In this document: in pieces, positions 7,509 through 14,929 of the stretch
Numbering within the stretch: the first letter of the stretch is position 1
Layout: each line of letters opens with the position of its first letter
DNA from: Microcystis aeruginosa NIES-843
GTDB lineage: Bacteria > Cyanobacteriota > Cyanobacteriia > Cyanobacteriales > Microcystaceae
NCBI RefSeq assembly: GCF_000010625.1
Contig: NC_010296.1
Span: 1,470,001 to 1,502,000, forward strand
Length of the DNA: 32,000 nt
Direction of reading: 5' to 3'
Notes under the pieces: model-generated
The model's database searches: none
Told to the model about the DNA's origin: nothing
The model's input: the letters and a program-made list of their open reading frames with translations, nothing else
Position numbers and translations under genes: made by a program

Positions 7509-8738
7509 AGCTAAAACGCACTTAAACCACCTAAAATAGAAATAGTAACTTGAGAAAAATTCTACTTATGCCAGCCAAAGATTTCCTAGATTTAGAAGAA
7601 AAGAAAAACTTACAAAAAGCTCTTAAAGAAGAAGAAAGAGCAGAAGTTAGGGAAAGAATTTTAATGTTTCTCTTGCTAAACGACGGAAAAACTCAACGAG
7701 AAATAGCTGAGTTTATTGGCTGTTCACTCAAAACGGTCGCCCCTTGGTGTGTTCACGGTGATCCTAACAATTTAGAAAGTCTAGAAGATGGGAGAAAAAA
7801 TGGAAATCATAAAAAAGCCACAGAGGAATATATTAATTTACTATTAAAAATAGTTGATGAAGACCCGAAGGAATTTGGATATGAATTCGGGAGATGGACA
7901 GCGGCAAGATTAGCAGAGCATCTAGAAAAGGAAACAAGAATTAAACTGAGTGGCTCGCAAGTGAGAAGAATATTGAGAAGAAAAAAGTATGTGTATATCT
8001 GGGCGAAATATAGTCTAGAAGATAAGCAAGACAAGAAATTAAGAAAAGCATTTAAAGAAAAATTAGATGAATATTTAAGGTTGGCTAAAGAAAAGCCAGA
8101 GTCAATCCAGGTATGGTTTTGGGACGGGGCTTTCAAGGTGGCGACGCAGGTTCGCCACACAGCCCCTCATGAGTGTGGATTTAGTTTGAGAGTAATAAGA
8201 AGGAGAGCTTGGACAAAAAAAGGAAAGCGAAAAAAAGTGAATGGACAAAGAAAAAGAGGAAGGGTGAATGTGATGGGAGCCTTAAGATATAATGACAAAA
8301 AACGAGTCTGTTTTATGATCAAAAAAGGAAATTCAGAAACTTTCCATGAACAATTAAAGAAACTTCATGAAGAGATTCGTCAAGAATGGATAAACTTGGG
8401 AAATCTGCCCGAAGATTTTCGAGAAAAAGGACCGAAAATTATCATCATATTAGACAATGCTAGTTATCACAAAAAGAAAGATGTTATTGAGCAGGTGGAA
8501 AAAGAGTTGCCCAATATTAGGCTAGAGTTTTTACCAGCTTATAGTCCAGATTACAACCTAATAGAATTAGTGTGGCATTCCGCTAAAGAGTACATAGCTA
8601 ATCGAGAATTTGAAAATAAAGAAGAACTGGAAAAAGTAGTCAATCAGCTTTTAAATGAAGGGGGATTGATTATTAAATGGAGTAGAAAACTTAAAAATAA
8701 GGGTAATGCTGTCAATGTAACTTAAATGCGTAAAAGCT
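7509..8738 (+). mobile_element. IS630-family element, full-length copy 1
   Basis: Imperfect inverted ends AGCTAAAACGCACTTAAAC and ACTTAAATGCGTAAAAGCT. TA dinucleotides flank the whole 6322-8738 composite (6320-6321 and 8739-8740). Confidence 0.85.
7568..8725 (+). CDS. IS630-family transposase (385 aa)
   Basis: N-terminal HTH (GKTQREIAEFIGCSLKTV) and a DDE domain (WFWD...E, ILDNASYH, PAYSPDYNLIELVW). I use the ATG at 7568 because the minus-strand copy starts at the equivalent MPAKDF. Confidence 0.85.
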   Translation: MPAKDFLDLEEKKNLQKALKEEERAEVRERILMFLLLNDGKTQREIAEFIGCSLKTVAPWCVHGDPNNLESLEDGRKNGNHKKATEEYINLLLKIVDEDPKEFGYEFGRWTAARLAEHLEKETRIKLSGSQVRRILRRKKYVYIWAKYSLEDKQDKKLRKAFKEKLDEYLRLAKEKPESIQVWFWDGAFKVATQVRHTAPHECGFSLRVIRRRAWTKKGKRKKVNGQRKRGRVNVMGALRYNDKKRVCFMIKKGNSETFHEQLKKLHEEIRQEWINLGNLPEDFREKGPKIIIILDNASYHKKKDVIEQVEKELPNIRLEFLPAYSPDYNLIELVWHSAKEYIANREFENKEELEKVVNQLLNEGGLIIKWSRKLKNKGNAVNVT

Positions 8739-8740
8739 TA

Positions 8741-9049
8741 GCAATGCTCGCCCAACTCCCAGGTAGTCCGGTCAAGACTCAACACCCAAGGCTGGGGGAG
8801 CTTCAACCAACCCACGACAATTTTCGCAATTTCAGAATAATCAAGCTCGAAGTTGCGGAAAAAGCGTTGTAATCTCTTGTAGTTGGATTCTTTGAGGGCT
8901 TTACCTCCAAATCCTACTGCTAACTCGCTCAGATTGACGGTTTTGACTTTAATTAAGGCTAGTAGGAACAGTGCTAGAAACGAGAGCCTGGCTCCATGCC
9001 ATGCCAGATGGGGTTTAAGGGCTTGCTTTAAGGCGCTATACTGGTTCAT
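8741..9049 (-). pseudogene. IS4-family transposase, N-terminal piece
   Basis: MNQYSALKQALKPHLAWHGARLSFLALFLLALIKVKTVNLSELA...YKRLQRFFRNFELDY...LSLDRTTWELGEHC includes the first catalytic D. Confidence 0.75.
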
Positions 9050-9179
9050 AGGGTTTTAGAGATTGGTTCTATTTCTCATAAAACACTACTCTCGCCTACT
9101 TTTCAAGCTTTTTGTCCTGTACTGAGGTCCAGATTACAACCTAATAGAATTAGTATGGCATTCCGCTAAAGAATACATA

Positions 9180-10317
9180 TACTTTGCACGGCTACAACTT
9201 GCATTTTTTCCTCAAGGACAATAATATAGTTTAAGAGTCATAATTAGAAGCAAAGCACTCATTAAAAACATGATTAACCTAGAATTCACGGAAGAAGAAA
9301 AGAACTCACTGTATTATGAAAGATTTCATCATCCCCATCCCCGGGTTCAACTGAAGATGGAAGTTCTCTGGTTAAAGAGCCAAAAGATACCGCACAAAAA
9401 AATTTGTCAGTTAGCAGGAATCTCGCCAAATACCTTATTAACCTATCTTCGAGATTATGAAGAAGGCGGAATAGAAAAATTAAAAGAAATCAACTTATAT
9501 CGCCCTAAAAGTGAATTAGAGTCTCAAAGAGAAACGCTCAAAAAATATTTCGAGAAAAATCCACCAGCCACAATAAATGAAGCTGTATATAGAAGAGAAA
9601 AATTGACAGGAATAAAACGAAGTCCTACCCAAGTGAGAAAATTCTTAAAATCCTTGGGAATGAAATGTTTAAAAGTAGGTTCTCTTCCTTCTAAAGCTGA
9701 CCCAGATGAACAAGAGGACTACAAAGAAAAAAAGCTAGAACCCAGACTAAATGAGGCTAAAGAAGGAAAAAGGGCTGTTTTTTTTGTTGATGCCGCTCAC
9801 TTCGTCATGGGAGCATTTCTCGGTTTTGTTTGGTGTTTTGAGAGACTTTTCGTTAAGTCACCGAGCGGGCGTAAACGCTTCAATGTTTTAGGAGCATTAA
9901 ATGCGATAACTCATGAAGTTATTCTGGTTACTAATGACACTTATATTACAGCAGCTCAAGTCTGTGAACTTCTTAAAAAAATAGCTGCTTTAGGAATAAC
10001 TATTCCCATCACTCTAGTCTTAGATAATGCCCGCTATCAAAAATGTAAAATTGTTGAAGAATTGGCTCTTTCTTTGTCAATAGAGCTACTGTATCTTCCG
10101 TCTTATTCGCCTAATCTAAATTTAATTGAAAGGCTGTGGAAATTTGTCAAAAAGAAATGTTTGTATGGTAAATATTATGAAAACTTTTCTGACTTTTCTT
10201 CAGCTATTTATGAATGTCTGAATGATGCCCACCTGAAACATAAAAAAGAACTGGATTCCTTGCTCACTCTACGATTTCAGAAGTTTAATAAATCTCAGAT
10301 TATGAACGTCTAAAGTA
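9180..10317 (+). mobile_element. Second, unrelated IS630-family element nested in the IS630 fragment
   Basis: Ends TACTTTGCACG and CGTCTAAAGTA form an imperfect inverted repeat. TA duplication at 9178-9179 and 10318-10319. The host IS630 sequence resumes exactly after it. Confidence 0.8.
9270..10313 (+). CDS. IS630-family transposase (347 aa, different subgroup)
   Basis: Intact ORF with FFVDAAHF, LVLDNARYQK and PSYSPNLNLIERLW motifs. Confidence 0.85.
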   Translation: MINLEFTEEEKNSLYYERFHHPHPRVQLKMEVLWLKSQKIPHKKICQLAGISPNTLLTYLRDYEEGGIEKLKEINLYRPKSELESQRETLKKYFEKNPPATINEAVYRREKLTGIKRSPTQVRKFLKSLGMKCLKVGSLPSKADPDEQEDYKEKKLEPRLNEAKEGKRAVFFVDAAHFVMGAFLGFVWCFERLFVKSPSGRKRFNVLGALNAITHEVILVTNDTYITAAQVCELLKKIAALGITIPITLVLDNARYQKCKIVEELALSLSIELLYLPSYSPNLNLIERLWKFVKKKCLYGKYYENFSDFSSAIYECLNDAHLKHKKELDSLLTLRFQKFNKSQIMNV

Positions 10318-10401
10318 TAGCTAATCGAGAATTTGAAAATAAAGAAGAACTGGAAAAAGTAGTCAATCAGCTTTTAAATGAAGGGGGATTGATTATTAAA
10401 T

Positions 10402-10690
10402 CCCACATTCCGCACCCTAGTTGTTGAAATCAAAAGTTGCTCTAGCCCTTGTATAGTAAGACTTTTAGCGATTACTAAGAATTATGAAGTGTCACACTCT
10501 AGTCAGCGATCGCCAGCTTAATGAGAGTTTCTCTCAATAATTTAGTATCAGAACTATCAGATTTTTAGGGCTAATTGTGCATCGGCTGGGCAAACAAACT
10601 AGCCTGTAATTCAGAGCCGGCAATCGTTTTGACGATTTAGATAAAATTTTCAATGTGACAGTTGAGGGTGCGGAATGTGGGTTAAATGGA
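10402..10690. mobile_element. 289-bp MITE, family with CCCACATTCCGCACCCT termini
   Basis: Perfect 17-bp terminal inverted repeat. Flanked by duplicated TTAAAT of the host IS630 sequence. A second copy in the opposite orientation lies at 18031-18746. Confidence 0.8.
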
Positions 10691-10749
10691 GTAGAAAACT
10701 TAAAAATAAGGGTAATGCTGTCAATGTAACTTAAATGCGTAAAAGCTTA

Positions 10750-10804
10750 TTCTCGTTTTCAAGGTTTAATTGGGCAATAGCTCTATCAATTAAATCACAG
10801 CCCT
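10750..10804. repeat. 55-bp duplicate of the 3' end of the dus gene (identical to 12494-12548)
   Basis: Exact match by eye, TTCTCGTTTTCAAGGTTTAATTGGGCAATAGCTCTATCAATTAAATCACAGCCCT. It sits between the IS630 right end and the tnpB element end. Confidence 0.9.
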
Positions 10805-10950
10805 AGGCTGGTTTGACGCAAGGAAACCCAACCCCTTCGTTTAACTGAATATATCGGATTTGACATCCTCGCCGCCGTAAAACGGACGGCGATTCCCAAA
10901 CCTCACGATTTGGGTTTCTGCTTCTTTCCCGAAGGATTTTTCGCACCTGC
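10785..10950 (-). ncRNA. Putative omega/reRNA of TnpB (scaffold overlapping the tnpB 3' end, plus flanking guide)
   Basis: Position only. In characterised TnpB systems the guide RNA spans the tnpB 3' end and right end and reads into flanking DNA. The hairpin-rich sequence here is consistent, but no covariance model was run. Confidence 0.35.
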
Positions 10951-12183
10951 CTTAACAGATTTACTCTGTTCTGGTCTTATGGTCGCTCTACAGACTGACA
11001 CCGCAAGCCCTGCGGCCAAAATATTTTTACTCGCGTTAATATCTCGGTCATGGTGCGTCCCACAGTCTGGACAGTCCCACTCTCGAACATTTAACGGCAT
11101 TTTCTCAGCAATATGCCCACAATTACTACATCTTTTAGAGCTAGGAAACCATCTATCTATTTCGATGTAATTTCTTCCATACCAACGGCATTTATAGGCT
11201 AATTGTCGGGTAATTTCTCCCCAGCTTACATCAGATATTGCCTGAGATAATTTCGGGTTTTTGACCATATTCTTGACGGCTAAGTTCTCAACCACAACCG
11301 GTTGGTTTTCACGAACTAATTGAGTGGTTAGCTTATGTAAATGGTCTTTTCTGCTATCGGTGATTTGAGCGTGAATCTTGGCTACTTTGATTCTTGCTTT
11401 TTCCCGATTTTTTGACCCTTTCTGTTTTCTAGAAAGGCTTTTTTGGGCCTTTCGCAGTCTCCGATAATGCTTTTTAAAATGCTTGGGATTAGACACTTTA
11501 TCGCCATCGCTGGTAATCACGAGGCTACTAATTCCTAAGTCAATTCCAATGGCTTTATCTGTTACTGGTAATGGCTTAATCGTTGGGTCATCAAATCTAA
11601 TTGAGATATGCCAACGTCCTGAGGGATGTAATCTGACTGTTACTGTGCTTGGTTCACAGCTTTCTGGTATTTGTCTTGACCATCGAATAGGTAAAGGTTC
11701 TGTGCATTTAGCTAAATAGATTTGTCTGTCTTTAAATTTAAAAGCAGATTTGGTAAATTCGGCACTTCCTCCTTGATGTTTTTTCTTAAAGTTAGGATAC
11801 TTAGTCCGACCAGCAAAGAAATTAGTAAAAGCTGTTTGTAAATGTCTTAACCCTTGTTGTAAAGGTACACAGCTAACTTCGTTTAAAAAGTCTAATTCTT
11901 CTTGTTTTTTCCAATCGGTCAACATTGAAGAAGTTTCAGTATATCCTACTCTTTCTTGTCTTTCATACCAAGCTTGTGTTCTGAGATGGAGTGCCTTATT
12001 GTAAACCAATCTTACACAGCCCAATGTGCGCCGCAATAGCGACTCTTGTGTTGGTGTGGGGTAAAATCGAAACGAATAGGCTTTTTCCATACCTCACATT
12101 TTAGCATATATTTCGTAAATGTGCTAATATTTAACAGTAAAGCCGTCGTAGAACGACGGGGTTTCAGACCCAAATTTTCGATG
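10805..12183 (-). mobile_element. IS200/IS605-type element carrying only tnpB (no tnpA); ends approximate
   Basis: tnpB is flanked by similar subterminal hairpins: CCGTCGTAGAACGACGG at 12143-12159 and GCCGCCGTAAAACGGACGGC at 10871-10890. The right boundary is set by the junction with the dus duplicate. Confidence 0.65.
10903..12090 (-). CDS. tnpB: TnpB RNA-guided endonuclease (IS605 OrfB family), apparently intact
   Basis: 395 aa with RuvC motifs GIDLG, VVVENL and HDRDINASKNI, and a zinc finger CSNCG...CPDCG. Confidence 0.9.
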   Translation of the reverse strand: MEKAYSFRFYPTPTQESLLRRTLGCVRLVYNKALHLRTQAWYERQERVGYTETSSMLTDWKKQEELDFLNEVSCVPLQQGLRHLQTAFTNFFAGRTKYPNFKKKHQGGSAEFTKSAFKFKDRQIYLAKCTEPLPIRWSRQIPESCEPSTVTVRLHPSGRWHISIRFDDPTIKPLPVTDKAIGIDLGISSLVITSDGDKVSNPKHFKKHYRRLRKAQKSLSRKQKGSKNREKARIKVAKIHAQITDSRKDHLHKLTTQLVRENQPVVVENLAVKNMVKNPKLSQAISDVSWGEITRQLAYKCRWYGRNYIEIDRWFPSSKRCSNCGHIAEKMPLNVREWDCPDCGTHHDRDINASKNILAAGLAVSVCRATIRPEQSKSVKAGAKNPSGKKQKPKS

Positions 12184-12218
12184 ATCAAAGACAAGTCATT
12201 GAACGTTAAGGAAATACC

Positions 12219-12408
12219 GTGAACATCAGCCTAGATCTACCTTCAGAGCTAGAGAATGAGTTATCTTCAAAATCCTCCTAAAACAGGGCTGGAGCTAGTT
12301 GCTTATTGGGAAAGCGTTGGGGTTATTGGCCCCCGACCTGATATTAGCGATAGTCAGGAGCAGGCAAGCCAATTGCGCCATAAGGCTGAAACCCGTGAGC
12401 GGGCTTAG
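12219..12408 (+). pseudogene. Degraded small antitoxin-like gene
   Basis: VNISLDLPSELENELSS, then a stop and frame change, then LVAYWESVGVIGPRPDISDSQEQASQLRHKAETRERA. The two halves resemble a small cyanobacterial antitoxin family as I recall it, with an internal deletion. Confidence 0.3.
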
Positions 12409-13291
12409 GTATTCAATGTACCTTGTCGATGATGCTGACGAACCAGCAAAAGGTTCGTCAGGTCCTACAGCTTGTAGCACCGTTACCTAAATATTCTCGT
12501 TTTCAAGGTTTAATTGGGCAATAGCTCTATCAATTAAATCACAGCCCTCCGCCAGGGATTCGATGCGCGAAAACCGATCGCGCCAAACCGCCGCACCGGT
12601 AAAATCCTGACAATACCAAGCCAGATGTTTCCGTGCTTGCCAAATACCGCGTTGTCCCTTGTATAGCCATAGCCCCTGTAAATGCTCTTTAGCTAGGCTT
12701 AACAGGTCAATAGAGGTGGGTTTCGGCAACTTTTTGCCTGTTTTGAGGTAATAATCGATTTCCCCCACCAAATAGGGATAACCGAGAGTTCCCCGCGAAC
12801 ACATCACCCCATCGGCCCGGGTAAATTCCAAACAATTAATCGCCGCTTCCACAGAAACAATATCACCATTAGCAATGACAGGAATCGATAAAACCTCCTT
12901 CACCCGTTTAATCCATTGCCAATCGGCCGGCCCGTGATAACCCTGTTCCCTAGTGCGTGCGTGCAGGGTCAACATTTGCGCTCCCGCATCTTCCAAACGA
13001 CGGGCAAAATCGATAATATTAATCTCCTGAGCGTTCCATCCCAAGCGAGTTTTCACCGTTACCGGCACCGATACCGCTCCCACCACTTCCCTAACAATTT
13101 GCTCGGCAATTTCTGGCTGTCGTAAAAGCGAAGAACCGCCGCCTTTTTTAGTAATTTTATTAACTGGACAACCCATATTAATATCGATGGTCATCGCTCC
13201 TTCTTTAACCGCTTTTTCCGCCGCCACAGCCATAAAATCGGGACGGCAATCAAATAATTGCATACTAATTGGTTGTTCTTTGTCCCCGATA

Positions 13292-14521
13292 AGCTTTTAC
13301 GCATTTAAGTTACATTGACAGCATTACCCTTATTTTTAAGTTTTCTACTCCATTTAATAATCAATCCCCCTTCATTTAAAAGCTGATTGACTACTTTTTC
13401 CAGTTCTTCTTTATTTTCAAATTCTCGATTAGCTATGTACTCTTTAGCGGAATGCCACACTAATTCTATTAGGTTGTAATCTGGACTATAAGCTGGTAAA
13501 AACTCTAGCCTAATATTGGGCAACTCTTTTTCCACCTGCTCAATAACATCTTTCTTTTTGTGATAACTAGCATTGTCTAATATGATGATAATTTTCGGTC
13601 CTTTTTCTCGAAAATCTTCGGGCAGATTTCCCAAGTTTATCCATTCTTGACGAATCTCTTCATGAAGTTTCTTTAATTGTTCATGGAAAGTTTCTGAATT
13701 TCCTTTTTTGATCATAAAACAGACTCGTTTTTTGTCATTATATCTTAAGGCTCCCATCACATTCACCCTTCCTCTTTTTCTTTGTCCATTCACTTTTTTT
13801 CGCTTTCCTTTTTTTGTCCAAGCTCTCCTTCTTATTACTCTCAAACTAAATCCACACTCATGAGGGGCTGTGTGGCGAACCTGCGTCGCCACCTTGAAAG
13901 CCCCGTCCCAAAACCATACCTGGATTGACTCTGGCTTTTCTTTAGCCAACCTTAAATATTCATCTAATTTTTCTTTAAATGCTTTTCTTAATTTCTTGTC
14001 TTGCTTATCTTCTAGACTATATTTCGCCCAGATATACACATACTTTTTTCTTCTCAATATTCTTCTCACTTGCGAGCCACTCAGTTTAATTCTTGTTTCC
14101 TTTTCTAGATGCTCTGCTAATCTTGCCGCTGTCCATCTCCCGAATTCATATCCAAATTCCTTCGGGTCTTCATCAACTATTTTTAATAGTAAATTAATAT
14201 ATTCCTCTGTGGCTTTTTTATGATTTCCATTTTTTCTCCCATCTTCTAGACTTTCTAAATTGTTAGGATCACCGTGAACACACCAAGGGGCGACCGTTTT
14301 GAGTGAACAGCCAATAAAGTCAGCTATTTCTCGTTGAGTTTTTCCGTCGTTTAGCAAGAGAAACATTAAAATTCTTTCCCTAACCTCTGCTCTTTCTTCT
14401 TCTTTAAGAGCTTTTTGTAAGTTTTTCTTTTCTTCTAAGTCTAGGAAATCTTTTGCTGGCATAAGTAGGATTTTTCTAAAATTACTATTTCTATTTTAGG
14501 TGGTTTAAGTGCGTTTTAGCT
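13292..14521 (-). mobile_element. IS630-family element, full-length copy 2 (inverted relative to copy 1)
   Basis: Same ends as copy 1. TA duplications at 13290-13291 and 14522-14523. Confidence 0.9.
13305..14462 (-). CDS. IS630-family transposase (385 aa)
   Basis: Differs from the copy-1 product at one residue in the ORF track (IADFIG versus IAEFIG). Confidence 0.85.
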   Translation of the reverse strand: MPAKDFLDLEEKKNLQKALKEEERAEVRERILMFLLLNDGKTQREIADFIGCSLKTVAPWCVHGDPNNLESLEDGRKNGNHKKATEEYINLLLKIVDEDPKEFGYEFGRWTAARLAEHLEKETRIKLSGSQVRRILRRKKYVYIWAKYSLEDKQDKKLRKAFKEKLDEYLRLAKEKPESIQVWFWDGAFKVATQVRHTAPHECGFSLRVIRRRAWTKKGKRKKVNGQRKRGRVNVMGALRYNDKKRVCFMIKKGNSETFHEQLKKLHEEIRQEWINLGNLPEDFREKGPKIIIILDNASYHKKKDVIEQVEKELPNIRLEFLPAYSPDYNLIELVWHSAKEYIANREFENKEELEKVVNQLLNEGGLIIKWSRKLKNKGNAVNVT

Positions 14522-14929
14522 TAACCATCAATTGCGGTAACTCTTGCAGCCGGGAGATTTCTGTCGCATTGACCATCTCGGTATAGAGCATGGAATCAGG
14601 AGCAAAGCGTCTCACCAAGCACCGAAAAACTAAATCGGTGACACCGGATAAAGGTGATTGCAAGACGCGGCTATGCACTTCTAAGTTACCGATTTTGAGA
14701 GGGGATGAGTAGATAGCCATAGAACCAGTTAAAAAATCAACAGCCAACACCAGCAAACCGAACAATTAGGGGATAGTTCCGTCACTGTCCGTCACTGTTA
14801 GTATTTTGCCAACCCCTAATATATGCTTAACCGTCATCTTCTAGTCTAAAACTACCTGTATGATGATTGGAGAGGATAGAATCCTATCTCCCCTAAACGA
14901 GTAATTAAACAAAAATTTCGCTTTTTTTT

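Larger units (their letters stand above)
4390..9126 (-). mobile_element. IS4-family element split by two nested insertions (outer ends approximate)
   Basis: Three transposase pieces join in frame once the inserts and one copy of each target duplication are removed. Confidence 0.65.
9127..10749 (+). mobile_element. IS630 3' fragment (matches 8544-8738) carrying two nested insertions
   Basis: Segments 9127-9179, 10320-10401 and 10691-10749 are collinear with the 3' end of the full copy, including the right end GCGTAAAAGCTTA. Confidence 0.8.
12487..14720 (-). pseudogene. dus: tRNA-dihydrouridine synthase (Dus family) gene split by IS630
   Basis: The N-terminal piece 14524-14720 reads MAIYSSPLKIGNLEVHSRVLQSPLSGVTDLVFR...ELPQLMV. 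The C-terminal piece 12487-13289 reads IGDKEQPISMQLFDCRP...INMGCPV...VTVKTRLGW. They join in frame when the IS and one TA are removed. Confidence 0.85.

Noticed and set aside
7807-8160. 117-aa ORF antisense to the IS630 transposase (also at 13870-14223)
   Set aside because: It lies wholly inside a well-supported transposase gene. It begins inside the 45-nt hairpin cassette and has leucine/serine-rich low-complexity sequence.
10910-11719. Plus-strand ORFs 10910-11170 and 11483-11719
   Set aside because: They are antisense shadows of tnpB.
12012-12194. 60-aa ORF overlapping the tnpB start and the element's left end
   Set aside because: It overlaps the tnpB 5' end in another frame and spans the left-end hairpin. 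This is more simply explained as non-coding transposon end sequence.
12436-12462. Perfect 10-bp stem CTGACGAACC / GGTTCGTCAG about 25 nt downstream of the dus stop
   Set aside because: It is a possible terminator, but there is no adjoining U-run on the dus strand and it sits within TA-gene debris. Left uncalled.
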